From: Ancylonema sp.
Taxonomy: Eukaryota
DNA: 64,000 nucleotides
NCBI GenBank assembly: GCA_050230475.1
Contig: JBFLGF010000137.1
Span: 1-64,000 of the forward strand
Direction: 5' to 3'
The translations under genes were made by a program, and so were the position numbers. Under the pieces are notes generated by a model that was not told the origin of the DNA, did not search any database, and worked only from the letters and a program-made list of their open reading frames with translations. The stretch's first letter is position 1; the number at the start of each line of letters is the position of its first letter. This document shows positions 13,453-26,300 of this stretch, one piece after another.

Positions 13453-14009
13453 GGTACCTCACTCGACGTCGCATATAGCAGAAGCAGTCGCAGGCACAGT
13501 GGCAAGCCGCAATTCGCAGTCTCAAAACCCGTTACGTTTGCTTGGCGCTTACCTTTATTTACTAGTTGGCTGACAAATGGCTGATTGGAAGTCGCAGTCG
13601 CACACTGGCTGGCTTGCAGTCGCAGTCGCAACCTCCGTTCCGCTCACTTTGTGGTGATGTTGTTGAGAGCTGCTGAAATTGCTTTCGTTTGAAATACGGT
13701 AGAATTTCATTAAAACGTACTTCGATACTGGGTAGCTTTCTTCGACATCGCTCAGAGCTCTCGGATATGGTAGTGGTGTTGAGCTGCAGTCGAGATAGAA
13801 TGGCGAGATTGGCCGGAAGAATCGATGAAGTCTACCCCTAACGGCCGACGCCACACGTTCGCCGACCGGTAGCAATTTACAGCACGTTAAACCCTGCGAC
13901 AGGACACAGGGCACAGGGCACCCAATCTTAAAAACCTAAATAACTCAAACCTCAAGACCTAAGTTTGACGATAACGACCGGATCTTGTTTTTTTTTAATA
14001 CGGAGTCTT

Positions 14010-14239
14010 TAGTACGGACATGTACGGACATGTACAAAATGTACGGATGCAAACGTTTGCAAGCTCAAACGTTTGCATCCGTACAGTCCGTACCCGTTTG
14101 CCGTATTTCACGGCCGTATTCCGGACGTTTGTGGGCAAATCCGTACGCCGTTTGCATTTGCCAGGGCCGGCAGATTGCCCTCGGCCCCGTCCGGAAAACG
14201 TGCCGTACAGAAAACGGGCCCCGGCCCGGTGCATCACTG
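14010..14239 (-). repeat. Inverted partial copy (left half) of the 11043-11609 MITE
   Basis: Reverse complement of about 11668-11915; ends GGTGCATCACTG. Confidence 0.75.
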
Positions 14240-14266
14240 CTGGCACATTATAACATACTATGCTAA

Positions 14267-17200
14267 TGTAGGAATTATATCGGATAGCGATGTTTGCTAG
14301 TGTGCTAGTCCGGACTACCGGTTAGTGTAACCGGTAGGATTCCTAGGGTGTGCTTATATTGAGGGACCGGACTTCTGTCCGGGCACCCGAATACGACGTT
14401 TCGATTGTGCCGTTTGTAGCACGTGCGGTCTAGATGGTTCCGAATCTAGACGTTATGTCTTGTCAGACTGTCCGGCATGTGCCGTTGTCAGGATCTGACT
14501 GTTGTTATGTTTTGATAGGCCGACGGTCCGCAGATACGACCGTCGGCACGCTTTGTAGATTCTTGTTTTGGACGAGGCATCGTGGTATACCTACACGATG
14601 CCGACCATTCAATAATAATTTCTTCCAACACAATACTTGTCATTGATCATTTCTTGAGAGACGTAGTTCCTTGTACGGAAAGATTCCGATCTTGCGCACC
14701 TATCACGTAACATCGCTAAATGGTTATGGGCCCACAGGCGGTCTAGTTAAAGACGTTGTGTCAATAACTAAAGGCATTCCACGCGATTCGCTGTTAAGAG
14801 ACTCTGAGGTTGGGATTATTAAGTACCACGTAATCTTTCAAATTGCGCTGCCAGTGACTGAGGTGTGAGCTGCGTTGCACGAAACACGCTCAAGAAAGCA
14901 ACTGAGAGCTGATCATCAGATTTTTAGCTGCTGCCTAACATGACGGAAAAATCATACATTCCGGTCTTCACAAGAGCAGACTACAAAGGCTGGGCTTTTA
15001 AAGTTCAGTTCGGTCTAGCTGACAAGGAGCTGCATGACATTGTCATGGATTGGGGCAAATCCCCGAGGCAAGCGGAACCTGTCGTGTCTCCACTACTCAC
15101 GCAGGACGAGCTCGATGCACCTGGATGCTGCGGACGTCGCTCGAACGGTCACGGCACGCACCCAGCTCATCGGTCGACAGACTCTCCTCGAGAGGTCTGG
15201 TCGAAGAAGAATATCGCTGCAATGGCGTACATCGTCAAACACCTCTAGACGGGGGAGTTGACGCACGTACGAAATTGCGAGACCGCAGCAGATATGTGGG
15301 ACGCCCTCAAAGCCTTCTACGACATTCAGGGAGCCATTGAGATCGCCAACGCTGAGGCTGAGCTCACAGCGATTATCATGGGGGAGGCGGAGGACGTGAG
15401 CGACTACGTGAAGCGGCTTCAGGAGCTGCATGATCGTCTGGGGCATTTCGGAGAGCCAATCAAGCTTGCGAAGCAGACAATCAACTTCCTAAATTCCCTC
15501 AACACTCGCTAGAGCGCGCGCGTGGAGAGTGTGATGTCTTGGGCGATATCTGCGCCAACACTCTTCACGATCCCTCAGGCCGTGAGCACTTTGTCAGTTG
15601 GGATCGACGGGAAGTCTGCAACGACCGCAAGAGAGGGGTGCTGCCGGGAGGGCAGCAGACCAATTTCGTGGGGAAAAGGGGTTACTCGGGCAGCTACGGA
15701 GTTGGCCCAAGTCGACCAGGTGGGAGTGGCGGTCCCGGAAGTCGCGACCTGACGAGAATTCAGTGCTACGGCTGCAACCAGTATGGCCACCTAAAGTCGG
15801 AACTGCCCTACACGTCCGCCGACGAGGTGCCATGGCTGCAACCAGATCGGCCACAAACTGTCGCAATGTGGACAGCAACGGCAAGGGGGAGGTGGCAGAT
15901 CGGCTGGCCAGGGAAGTGGCAGGTCCGAAACCCCAAATGCAGATAACTGTGATAAGCTTCGGGCATACATTGGGTAGAATGCATGAAGCGTAGATCTGAC
16001 CTGGCATTGGCTGCACCTGATTTATAATCTTCGTGACCAAGCTCAGGCTCGACTTGTGCTGCACGTTCAGACACACCTTTTGATGCATCCGAATCCCTGG
16101 CTTATGCAGCATTCTCATTTGATGCACGAATTGCTATGGCAGCTGGAACTGATTGCTCGCATCTGTGGCTTGATTCAGGCTCGACCGATTACGTCTTCAT
16201 AAACAGAGACCACTTCGTCGAATACGACACCAACGTCCCGATGTAGCATTCATTCATCCACACGGCTGATGGCACGCCTCACAAGGTCGAGGGGACAGGC
16301 TTCGTGCACGTTCGAGTGAAGAACGACGACTCCTTCTTCGTCGTCCCTCTCACTGCTCTGCACGTCCCTACATTCGCTGCGACCCTGGTGTCCACCGACT
16401 GCCTCGTCCAGAGAGGTGGGAGCTTTGCCCAGACGACCCCACATGGTCCTAAACTGACTAAAAATGGACAAAAATGGGCTGATGTCAGCAACTTGGGGAT
16501 GTCCTCTGATATGATGGGGAGGAGTTCGATGACCAGGCGCTAGAAGCAGCCATTCAGGACGAGGAGTGGGAGGCAACATGCTTCTTTACAGGCTTCAACG
16601 GCCCCTCTGACCCTGGATTCTGCATGGTGGCCATGTCTGTTGACTCCTCCGACCCTCTCACGCTGAACGAGGCCATGACGAGGCCAGACTGGGATCAGTG
16701 GTTAGCTGCTATCCAGGAGGAGCTGAAAAGCTTGGGGGAATTCAACACCTTCGAGGTGTGCAAACTTCCACCAGGTAAAAGGGCTGTGGGGTGCAAATAT
16801 GTATTCAAAACCAAATACACACCCATAGGATTCCTTGAAAGATATAAAGTCAAACTGGTCGCTCAGGGTTTTCTACAACAAGAAGGAGTTGATTATAATA
16901 AAATATTCGCACCTGTAGTAGATAGTACCTCTATATCTCTTTTACTAGCTATTGCGAATTAGGAGGGTTGGGAAATTGAACAGATGGATGTGGTGACTGC
17001 TTTCTTGCACGGAAGACTGACCGAAGAAGTATATATGAAAATCCACCATTCATGGAGATTGACGGAGGGGCTGAGGGAAAAGTTTTGAAAATGAGGGGGG
17101 CACTGTACGGACTGAAACAGAGTAGCAAGGTCTGGGGTGAGATGTTCACAGCCTTCATGCTCAGTATAGGGTTCAAACAGTGCATTATGGACACATGCAT

Positions 17201-19343
17201 ATACCCAGGGGGGCACAGGACACTCACGGATCATAGTGGGGATACATGTAGATGATCAAGTGATAGTTGGTCCAAACACCATGGTCATTAAAGCATTCAA
17301 ACAGGAACTATATGGGAAATTCAAAATGAAGGATCTTGGGGCCCTAACCCATATCCTGGGGGTGGAAGTGAAAAAAGGGACAGACAACAGGGGGTGCTCT
17401 CTCGTGTTGCATTCAGGGAGGGTTCATAAAACAGGTTTTGGAACGTTTTGGCATGGCAAACTGTAATCCTACAAAACTACCCTTACCACCAGGGCTGACA
17501 TTTCACCAAGAAGATGAACCTCTAATTCCCCCTACACCTGAACAGATAACTGAATTACGGGGAAAAAATGGGTCACTAATTTATGCAATGAAACACACCA
17601 GACCGGATATTGCGCATGCACTGGGGGTACTGGCAAAACACAGTTCAAATATTTAAGGGGAACAGTGGATCACGGAATATGCTACGTGAGGCGGAAGAGG
17701 TTAGAGATTAGGGGGTACTGTGATGCTAGTTGGAATAGCTGCAGTATTTAGGGGGTACTGTGATGCTAGTTGGAATAGCTGCAGTATGACTGGGAAGTCG
17801 GTCACAGGGTGGATCACTACTGTTGGGGGGACTGCATTGAGCTGGAAGTCACAAAAATAGTCTACACTCGCACACAGTACAGCAGAGGCTGAGTATATTG
17901 CTGCTTGTAGTGTGTCTAAGGAGTGTTGTTACCTGAAGTCGCTCCTGCATGAGCTCAAACTCCCTAATGAAATGATCCAGAACCCAGTCGAGCGCCAGAA
18001 GGCCAAGCATTTCAATGTGGTGTACCACTGGATGAGGGCACTGGGTGAGAAAGTGTCACAGAACTGGCAGGCTGAACTATGTGTATCTGGCAGGGGCCAA
18101 TCAACCAGCCGATATGTTCACTAAGGCTCTTCCACAGGTCTTGCTTGACAGACACGGAGAGTCTATAGGTTTTGGAGGTTTTGGGAGGGTTCACTGAAAT
18201 GGGGGTGCACATTAAGTTCTAGGGGTTTCGGCTGCCATGATATGTTTGGCAGGGGTTGTATGTTCTGTTATTCTTCTTGCAGAATGCACCTGTGGAGGGC
18301 TTTCAACGCTTGTCTATCCAGCTAAGTTACCCCACTCTTTTTCTGCCCTGAAAACACTTAAAGACACCTGAAAAGTTGCAGATCTGTTTGCATCTAGAGT
18401 TGTCAGTTGTTCATGAATTCTGGCACATGTGTTGCCATTCATATTATGTATGTTGTGTGAAAATTTCAGTTGTTTTGGTGAAGTTTTGAGAAAGTTATGA
18501 AGTTTTGAGAAAGTTGAGAAAGTTATGAAGTTCTGAGAAAGTTTTGAAGTTTTAAGTTTTTCAAGTTATTCGGAGAAAACTGCAGAAAGTTGACTTGTTG
18601 GTCATTTTTGTATTGCCCTAACTTGTGGTATTTGTTTTTGTATGTTCAGGGCTCCGTCAGGGCTCCGGCCCGAAAAAAGACTAAGGATCTGGAGCTATCG
18701 ACTCGATCGGCTTTCGATCGGCTGTGATTTTAGATAGGGACCCCTAGCACATTTTTGTATGCTAGGGAAGACCTTACTATCCCATGGGCTATGCAATGGT
18801 TTCGCCATGACTTAGTCTATTGACAGGGTAGTCCCTTGGTGCTGACTCAATGCCAAACTTGGCATGGCATCCGAGGGGGTGTGTAGGAATTATATCGGAT
18901 AGCCATGTTTGCTAGTGTGCTTGTGCTAGTCCGGACTACCGGTTAGTGTAACCGGTAGGATTCCTATGGTGTGCTTATATTGAGGGGCCGGACTTATGTC
19001 CGGGCCCGAATATTGTTAGGTGAATGACGTTTCGATTGTGCTGCCGTTTGCACGTGCGGTCTAGATGGTTCCGAATCTAGACGTTATGTCTTGTCAGACT
19101 GTCCGGCATCTTGTCAGACTGTCCGGCATGTGCCGTTGTCAGGAATAGGCCGACGGTCCGCAGATACGACCGTCGGCACGCTTTGTAGATTCTTGTTTTG
19201 GACGAGGCATCGTGGTATACCTATACGATGCCGACCATTCAACAATAATTTCTTCCAACACAATACTTGTCATTGATCATCTTTGAGAGACGAAGTTCCT
19301 TGTACGGAAAGATTCACACGATCTTGCACACCTATCACGTAAC
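14267..19343 (+). mobile_element. Ty1/copia LTR retrotransposon A, degenerate and integrase-deleted
   Basis: LTRs 14267-~14720 and 18882-~19343 both start TGTAGGAATT. PBS GGTTATGGGCCCA at 14722-14734; PPT GAGGGGG at 18873-18879. Gag with CYGCNQYGH knuckle, protease (WLDSGS), RT (KVKLVAQGFLQQEGVDY, IHVDD) and RNase H (GYCDASW, STAEAEY), all with stops or frameshifts. Confidence 0.9.
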
Positions 19344-19631
19344 CCACAGGCGAATGGCACAACACACTCAGGCGAAAGGCACAAATTCCTGAGCTAATGA
19401 CACGACAAAACTCCCTAGGGGCACATGCTGGGCGCTAGGGACACCTAATTCGCTATACTGACACACAAATCGCTATAAAGACAAAGGCGCTAGTAGCGCT
19501 CTAGTGCTAATTGTGGGAGCCTCGCTAGGGAGCCCAAGTGACTGTAACGAGGGTCCTAACATCAATCTGGAAAAAAAAAACTATATTGGTAAACTACTGG
19601 TTCTTACTTTGAGTAGTGACCATAGTTTTTT

Positions 19632-20075
19632 CAATGGCTGATGTCGTATGTCGAATGTGATGTATCGTAGCTGTGGATATTTGCTGCGTGTTATAATGCA
19701 TTCGACGCATCTAGAGACAAAGCTCGATATCTTGCCCAATACGTTGGTGAGCATTAATTTGAAGCGCGTTGTGATTGCGCGAGTGGAGGCACTGCATGCC
19801 GTCTAGGCGCGGTGATGGGGATCTGTGCTCGGTAGCTGCATGCCGTCTAGGCGCGGATATACGATTACGGGGTGTGCTTAGGGAGATGGCCTAGCTATGT
19901 GATAGCTTGTTCGGTCGAATGGACCTTGTTATAATCACGATTGGTACGGTGAGCTTATACGGTGTGGTGCTTACGTGTAGCCGTACACGATCGATGTAGG
20001 TACGAAAACATGTGCATAATGATGTATTTGATTACATGAGTACATGAATCCAAGTAAAATAACGTATAGTTGACA
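19632..20075 (-). repeat. LTR-like remnant related to the 3' LTR of copia B, in inverted orientation
   Basis: The reverse complement of about 19636-19745 aligns with 30826-30936 (GGGCAAGATATC.AGCT.TGTCTCTAGA.GCGTCGAA). Starts TGTCAAC on the minus strand. No clean TSD. Confidence 0.5.
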
Positions 20076-20112
20076 AATACAATGAAGTGTGAAAAGAGGG
20101 GGAGAAATCACG

Positions 20113-20350
20113 TGTGATGCACCGGAACGGAAAAACCGTGCAAACGCCGTATTGCAAACGCGTACGTAAGGTATTCGTGCATACGGCGAAAGTTGCAATC
20201 GGCGTTTGCAAAACGTTTGCATTTGCAAACGTTTTGCAAACGTCCGAATTCAAAAACTTTTTGCAAAAGTCCGCATCGTATTTCTCCAGTTTACCTCTAG
20301 TACACTTCCAATAACTTAAGTAAGAAAGTTTGTAACACTCGTCATCATTG
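20113..20350 (-). repeat. Inverted partial copy (right half) of the 11043-11609 MITE
   Basis: Reverse complement of about 11380-11609, with GCAAACGTTTGC-type motifs. Confidence 0.7.
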
Positions 20351-23300
20351 GTGATATTACGATGGCTACAGGCCACGAATGATCCTGAAGGACGACAACG
20401 TCAACGTGTGGTCAACGGTGATCGAATCGGTGTTCCGCGAGAAGATGTGGGCCCACGTCCAAGGGACGGCGGTGGTTCATCCGGGCCCGCCCTTATCAGT
20501 AGGGGCGGGATTCGTTCCAGCGATTCCTACCGTGCCCGCAGTGCCTGCGGTGCAGGCAGCCAGCGTCGCTGCGGCTGCGGGAATTCTTGAGGTGCCGATG
20601 GTCCCACTTGTGCCTGGCGTCACGCAAGGTCAGGCAGATGCGAGGCAGGCTGCGATCGAGAAATGGGAGGTCAACGAGGCGAAGGCGAACACGATTTTGC
20701 TGCAGACATTGCGTCCGGTCGACGTGATTGCCGTTCGCCTCCTCCCCACGGTCGCTGCCAGGTGGACGAAGATTACGGCAGACTACGTGCCGAAATCGAC
20801 TATTCTGGCGATGAACGCGGAGAACAAATTGTGGGGCTTCGCGATGCGGCACGGCGACTCCGTTCTTCATACAAAGCATCGGCTCGAGTCGTACGTGGAG
20901 GGGTGCACCCCGCAACTCGTCTTCCCGACCCCGGAGGAGGTGTCGAATATTCTTTTGACGCGTCCAAGTCCCAAACGGCAAGGAGTCTGCGACTTGCTCG
21001 CCACGCGGAATCCTCTCCCGTCCGTGCCACAGATCTTCACGACAATGCTCGGAATGGAGGAGAGGTGGGAAACGCTGGAGAAGGAGACGGAGCATGCGGA
21101 AGCTGCCTACGCCAGCTGGCAGTCGAAGAATTCAGGCGGAGATGGTAGAGGTGGAGCAAGCGGCAGCCAGGTGCAGCCGTTTGGCGGAGGACGCGGCGGA
21201 CGAGGAGATCGGAGGCAACCTGTTGGCGCGGCCAGAGCCTGTTACTGCTGCGGGAAGGAGGGCCACTTTGCGCGCGAATGTCAACATCGCGACAAGACGT
21301 GTGGCACGTGCGGAAAAGTCGGACATTTGGCTGCAACCTGCCGAGGAGCTTCCGCGAAAAAAGCCGAAGCGGGAATCGCGGCGGCTGCACCACTGGATCC
21401 GAAGAAGAAATTCGTGAGGAGGGTTTCATTTGCTGCCAAGGGCGGCGAGAAGGAGCAGGCGCTTGCGGGTGCCAAATTTTCGGAAGCGTACGAGGAGGAG
21501 GGCTACAGCGCGGAGGTGGTGGAGGTCCACGTTGCCGATTTTGGGGTGGTTCAGAAATTGGGGGAGCCAGTGTGGATCGCGGATTCCGGCACGACTCGTC
21601 ACATTTGTCGGGATGCGAACATGTTGTGGGACATGGAGGAGATTCCCCACCCTGTGGTGATTCGGGAGCTTGTGGGGGAGGTGATAGCGACGCAGTGGGG
21701 GACAGCTCGCCTGATTTTTTAGGGCAAGGAGGGGGAACCAGTACACGTGGCCTTGGCCAATACCCTCCTTGTTCCAGAAATGGCGGTAAATTTGTTCAGT
21801 CAGCAGAAGATACGTGCGCCGTCTACTACGCTGGAGTACCCCCAGCACGTGGGAAGGGTGTGGATGCGCAACGCAGCGGGTCGCTACGTCGGCAGTTTCT
21901 AGGAAACTGGGCGTGGGAGGCCGACGCTGAACTGCCAGACGAAGCTTCGAGGAAGCAGCGGCAGCTTGCCCCCTCCCCTTTCCCCTCCCCCTCCTCCCCC
22001 TCCCCCTCCCGCAGATGAGACCATTTGTCGCCGCGATGGATGCGCGGTTGCTACACCTGCGGACGGGCCACAGAGGCTTCACCAGCCTCCAGAAGTTGGC
22101 CAAGGGTGGCCTAGTGCGGGGTTTGGAGGGTGGATTGACGGGTCAACTGACCGTCTGTCGCGTGTGCAAATTGGGGAAGTCGCTCGGGAAGCCGCATCCG
22201 TCGAAATCTGCGGAATTCAGGGCCCGAAATCCACTAGACCCTGTGCATGCCGACCTGGCTGGGCCAATTTCGCCTGGATGATGGGGGAAGGGCAGCTACG
22301 TCTTTGTACTGCTCGACGATTACTGTCGAAAGTCCTGGGTCATGGTTTTGATGCAAAAATCGGACGTGGAAATGCGGCTGAAGGACTGGGTAGCGATCGT
22401 GGAGCGGGAGTCTAGCCATAAATTGGGCCGCTTCCGGACAGATAACGGAGGGGAGTTCACCAAACAGTCGCTAAAGGACTGGCTAAAGTTGCGGGGAGTT
22501 CGTCAGGAGTTCACGCCACCCCGCACCCCTCAAGCTAATGGTGCAGCGGAGCGCCTGAACCGCACTCTGCAGGACAAAGTTAGGTCAATGATGCAGGAGG
22601 TGGGATTGGGGGGGGAGAGCTGGGGGGAAGTATTTCTGACAGCCAGCTATCTCCGCAATCGGGGCGCGATGAACGGGTTGAAGCTCACCCTTGATGAGCT
22701 GTGGTCAGGAAAGAAGCCTACTGTCTCCCATTTGCGAGCATTTGGGTGCAAAGTGTATGCGCCATTGGAGAAGGGGAAGCGAGCGGGCAAGCTGGGAGCT
22801 GTTAGGTGGGAGGGGGTACTCTTGGGGTACGCCGAGAACTCCGCTAGCGATCGGGTATGGGACCCGAGGAAAGGAAAGGTTCGGAACGTGGGGGGGGCTG
22901 ATTTCGACGAGGGGGTGGAGGAAGGCTGGTGGAAGGAGGAGCTTTATCAGGGCCAGCCAGAGATGGAGCCAGTGGTGTTTCCCGACCTCGAGGAGGAGGA
23001 CACATCTGCTCCCCCTCCCCCTCCCCCTCCCCCACCCCCTCCCCCTCCCCCTCCTACCCCCCCTCCCCACACTCCTCCCCTTGCAGATGTCGAGGAGGAC
23101 CACCTCCCAGACCTTGTCGAGGACAGTTCGGATGACGAAGGGGGGGATGAGGATTCAAATTGGGGGGACAACGATGATGCGGACGGAGGTGTGGACGGGG
23201 ATGCAGACGGAGGCGAAGCTGGCGGGGCGGGAAGAGGGGCGGTGGGGGCGGGACATGGTTGGGGTCGTGGCGCTCGTGGAAGAGGCGCGTACTCAGCCCC

Positions 23301-26300
23301 ACGGAGGAGCGCGAGGACGAATAGAGGAGTCCCTCCTCTCCGTTTTGTGGACGCCTACGCCGCTGCCGTCTCCATCGTATGTCCGTCTACGGTGAAGGAA
23401 GCTCTTAGTGAGGCGGAAAGTAAAATGTGGCGGGAGGCATTGGATTCTGAGCTCGGGAGCTTGGAGGAGAATAGGGTGTATGAGGTAGTAGATGGGCCTT
23501 TGGGGAAGGTAATCTCTATGAAGTGGGTGCTCCGGGTAAAAATAGATAAAGAGGGGAAACTTGAGAAATTCAAGGCTAGGGTAGTGGCGAGGGGATTCAA
23601 TCAAATGGAGGGGGTATATTTTGAGGAAACCTTCGCTCCGGCCGTGCGACATGAGAGCATTCGGGGATTATTCGCCATGGGGGCAAGTGAGGGGTGGAAC
23701 TTTGACCAAATGGACGTCTCCACCGCATTCCTCTACGCCGACCTCGACGAGGACGTGTGGGTTGAAATACCCGAGGGGGCGCCGGGGTATGGTGAGCCGG
23801 GGATGGGTCGAAATACCCGAGGGGGCGCCGGGGTATGGTGAGCCGGGGAAGGTGTGGAAACTGAAGGAATGCCTCTATGGGTTGAAACAGGCCTCGCGAA
23901 TGTGGAACCAGAAAATAGATGGGGTTCTTCTTGAAATGGGGTTTAGGAGGTTCTTCACCGATCATGGGGTATATGTAGCGGGTGAGGGAGACGAACGAGT
24001 TTTCATCTCACTGTATGTGGATGATCTACTCATGATGTGGAAAGAGAGGGAGAGGCTTGAGGAGGTTAAGAGGGGGTTAGCGGCCAACTTCAAAATGAAG
24101 GATCTAGGGAGTTCAACCTTCGTGCTCGGGATAGAAATCACAAGGCCGGAGGAGGGGGGAATCTTCTCAGGGCAATTAAAGTACTCCCAAGACATAGTAG
24201 CCAAGTAAGTGAGCTTGGGGAGAAAGTGAAGTAAATTAGTGCTTTAATCAAGGGAAATGCCGAGTTGTGGCGATAGTAATAATTGTAGAATTAGCGTGGA
24301 CCGGAGATGTGACTATAATGTGCATGTGTGTCTATGTTGTGAGTCGATACAATATGCATGATGATGTGAATCGACAATTATGTAGGTTGCACTTAGGCGC
24401 AATGGGCGCGGAAGCGAGTACTATGAATTCGTACCGGTTTACTCTAGTACCGGACTAAGTTGCACTAGATTTGCATAGTTGAGTGTGCACCAATGGGGTG
24501 AATATGAATAGTCGCATTATTGTGTTCACGGGAAATGACGTTAGCGAGTAGACTTTAGTCAACCTACGCACCGGTTGGTTAAACCGATTTGTCCTTGGCT
24601 TGTAAGGCAAATTCAATATATACTCTACGGAGTTTTCATAACAAACAATTCATACCATCATCGCTTTTGTTTCCAGTGGGATTCTAGTTTGTTGGTGTCT
24701 TGCCATTTGTTACGGACAGTTTGGCTTTGTATGTAATTCACGAGAAGTCGGAGAGCCGGCGAATTTAAGACCTGTACGGCAGGCAAGGGATTGGCCCACT
24801 ATGGCTGATCCTTCAAGTGGTATCAGAGCATCGGGCGACGAATACCTCAAACCGCGTCTGCGGTTGACAGGTGACAACATAAACGTGTGGCTGGCAATCA
24901 TGGAGCCCATGTTTCGCGATAAGAAGGTGTGGGCCCACATCAAGGGAACGGCCGCCGTTCCGGGTCCACCGTTGACCGTCGCTGCTGGAGTCGTTTTAGT
25001 AGCCGGAGTTGGCGCCCCGAGCGCGGCAGGCTACGTCGCTCCCGTCACTAGAGTCCTTGCGGTCACGCAGGCCATGGTGGACGCGAGAAACGCTGAGATC
25101 GAGAAATTTGAGGTGGACGAGGCGAAAGCGACTTCGATGCTGCTAATTACGCTGAAGCCGGAAGACGTTGTTGCTATTAGCACAATTCCGACTGTCGCAG
25201 CAAAGTGGGCGAAGATCGTCGCAGATTATCAGCCCGTCTCTTCAATTCTGGCGATGAATGCGTCAAATCGATTCTTCAATTTTAGCATGGGAAACGATTT
25301 TAGCATGGGAAACAAGACAATTCAGCTCATGCAAAATCGATTCGACGGTCTCGCCAGCGTCCCTCTGACTCCAGTTCAGAAGACAAATGCGCTCCTGACG
25401 CGCCCCTCGCCTCGATGGAAAATTTGGTCGGAGAGTGTCGCGGGTCAGACGCCACTTCCGACAACTAAGCAATTATTTGCAACGATGAAGGCGCTGGAGA
25501 TTCTTCGAAATACTGCAGAAGAAAGCGAGCACAACGAGGCTGCATTCGCACGTGACAGCTCTTCAGGGGGAAATCGCTCGCAGCGGGGCGGATTCCGGGG
25601 CGGATTCACTAGGGGCGGGAGCGGAAGACTTGGCGGAAGCGGAAGCAGCGTGGGAATCAGCGCGGGAGGCAGCAGAGGCGGCCGAGCGTCAGCGAGAGGA
25701 GGTGCCGCACGTGGCGGCAGGGGAGGCGATCGACAGGGAGCACGTGGCGCATCCCAGGAGGACATCGATTGCTACTGTTGCGGGAAGCCAGGTCACTACG
25801 CACGTGACTGCCCGCAGCGCGACAACAAGTGCTCCACCTGTGGGCGGGAGGGGCACCTGGCAGCGACCTGTCGCCACGGGGGTGACAAGCCGAGCACGTA
25901 CGCTGCCGACGAGTCGAGGGGGGGGCAAGAAGGAGGTCAAGAGAGTATCCTTTGCCACCCAGAGGAAGAAGAAGCAATCCGCAATGGCGGAGGCGAAGTA
26001 TGGCGAGCTCGAGGAGGCGTACGCTCTCGAGGTCATCGAGGTCGAGGCCACGGGCTTCGGTTCTGCAACCAACTTCCGATGTCTGGGAGATTCTGGCACG
26101 AACCGCCACGTGGCAAACGATTCTGCGACGCTGTGGGACAAGCGGAAGCTAGCTCGGCCAGTCAGAATCCGCCAGGTGGTGGGGGAGGTGACCTGCACGT
26201 GGGAGGGTACCGTGCGGCTGGAGCTAACCGACCCGCAGGGGTACCCAATCCCGGTTATTCTAGAAAACGTGCTATTGGTCCCCGAGTTGGCGGTAAATTT

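Noticed and set aside
19344..19352. CCACAGGCG after the 3' LTR of copia A, matching sequence at the end of and just after the PBS
   Set aside because: Only 9 bp and overlaps a local CAGGCGAA repeat; too weak to claim a tandem copy.
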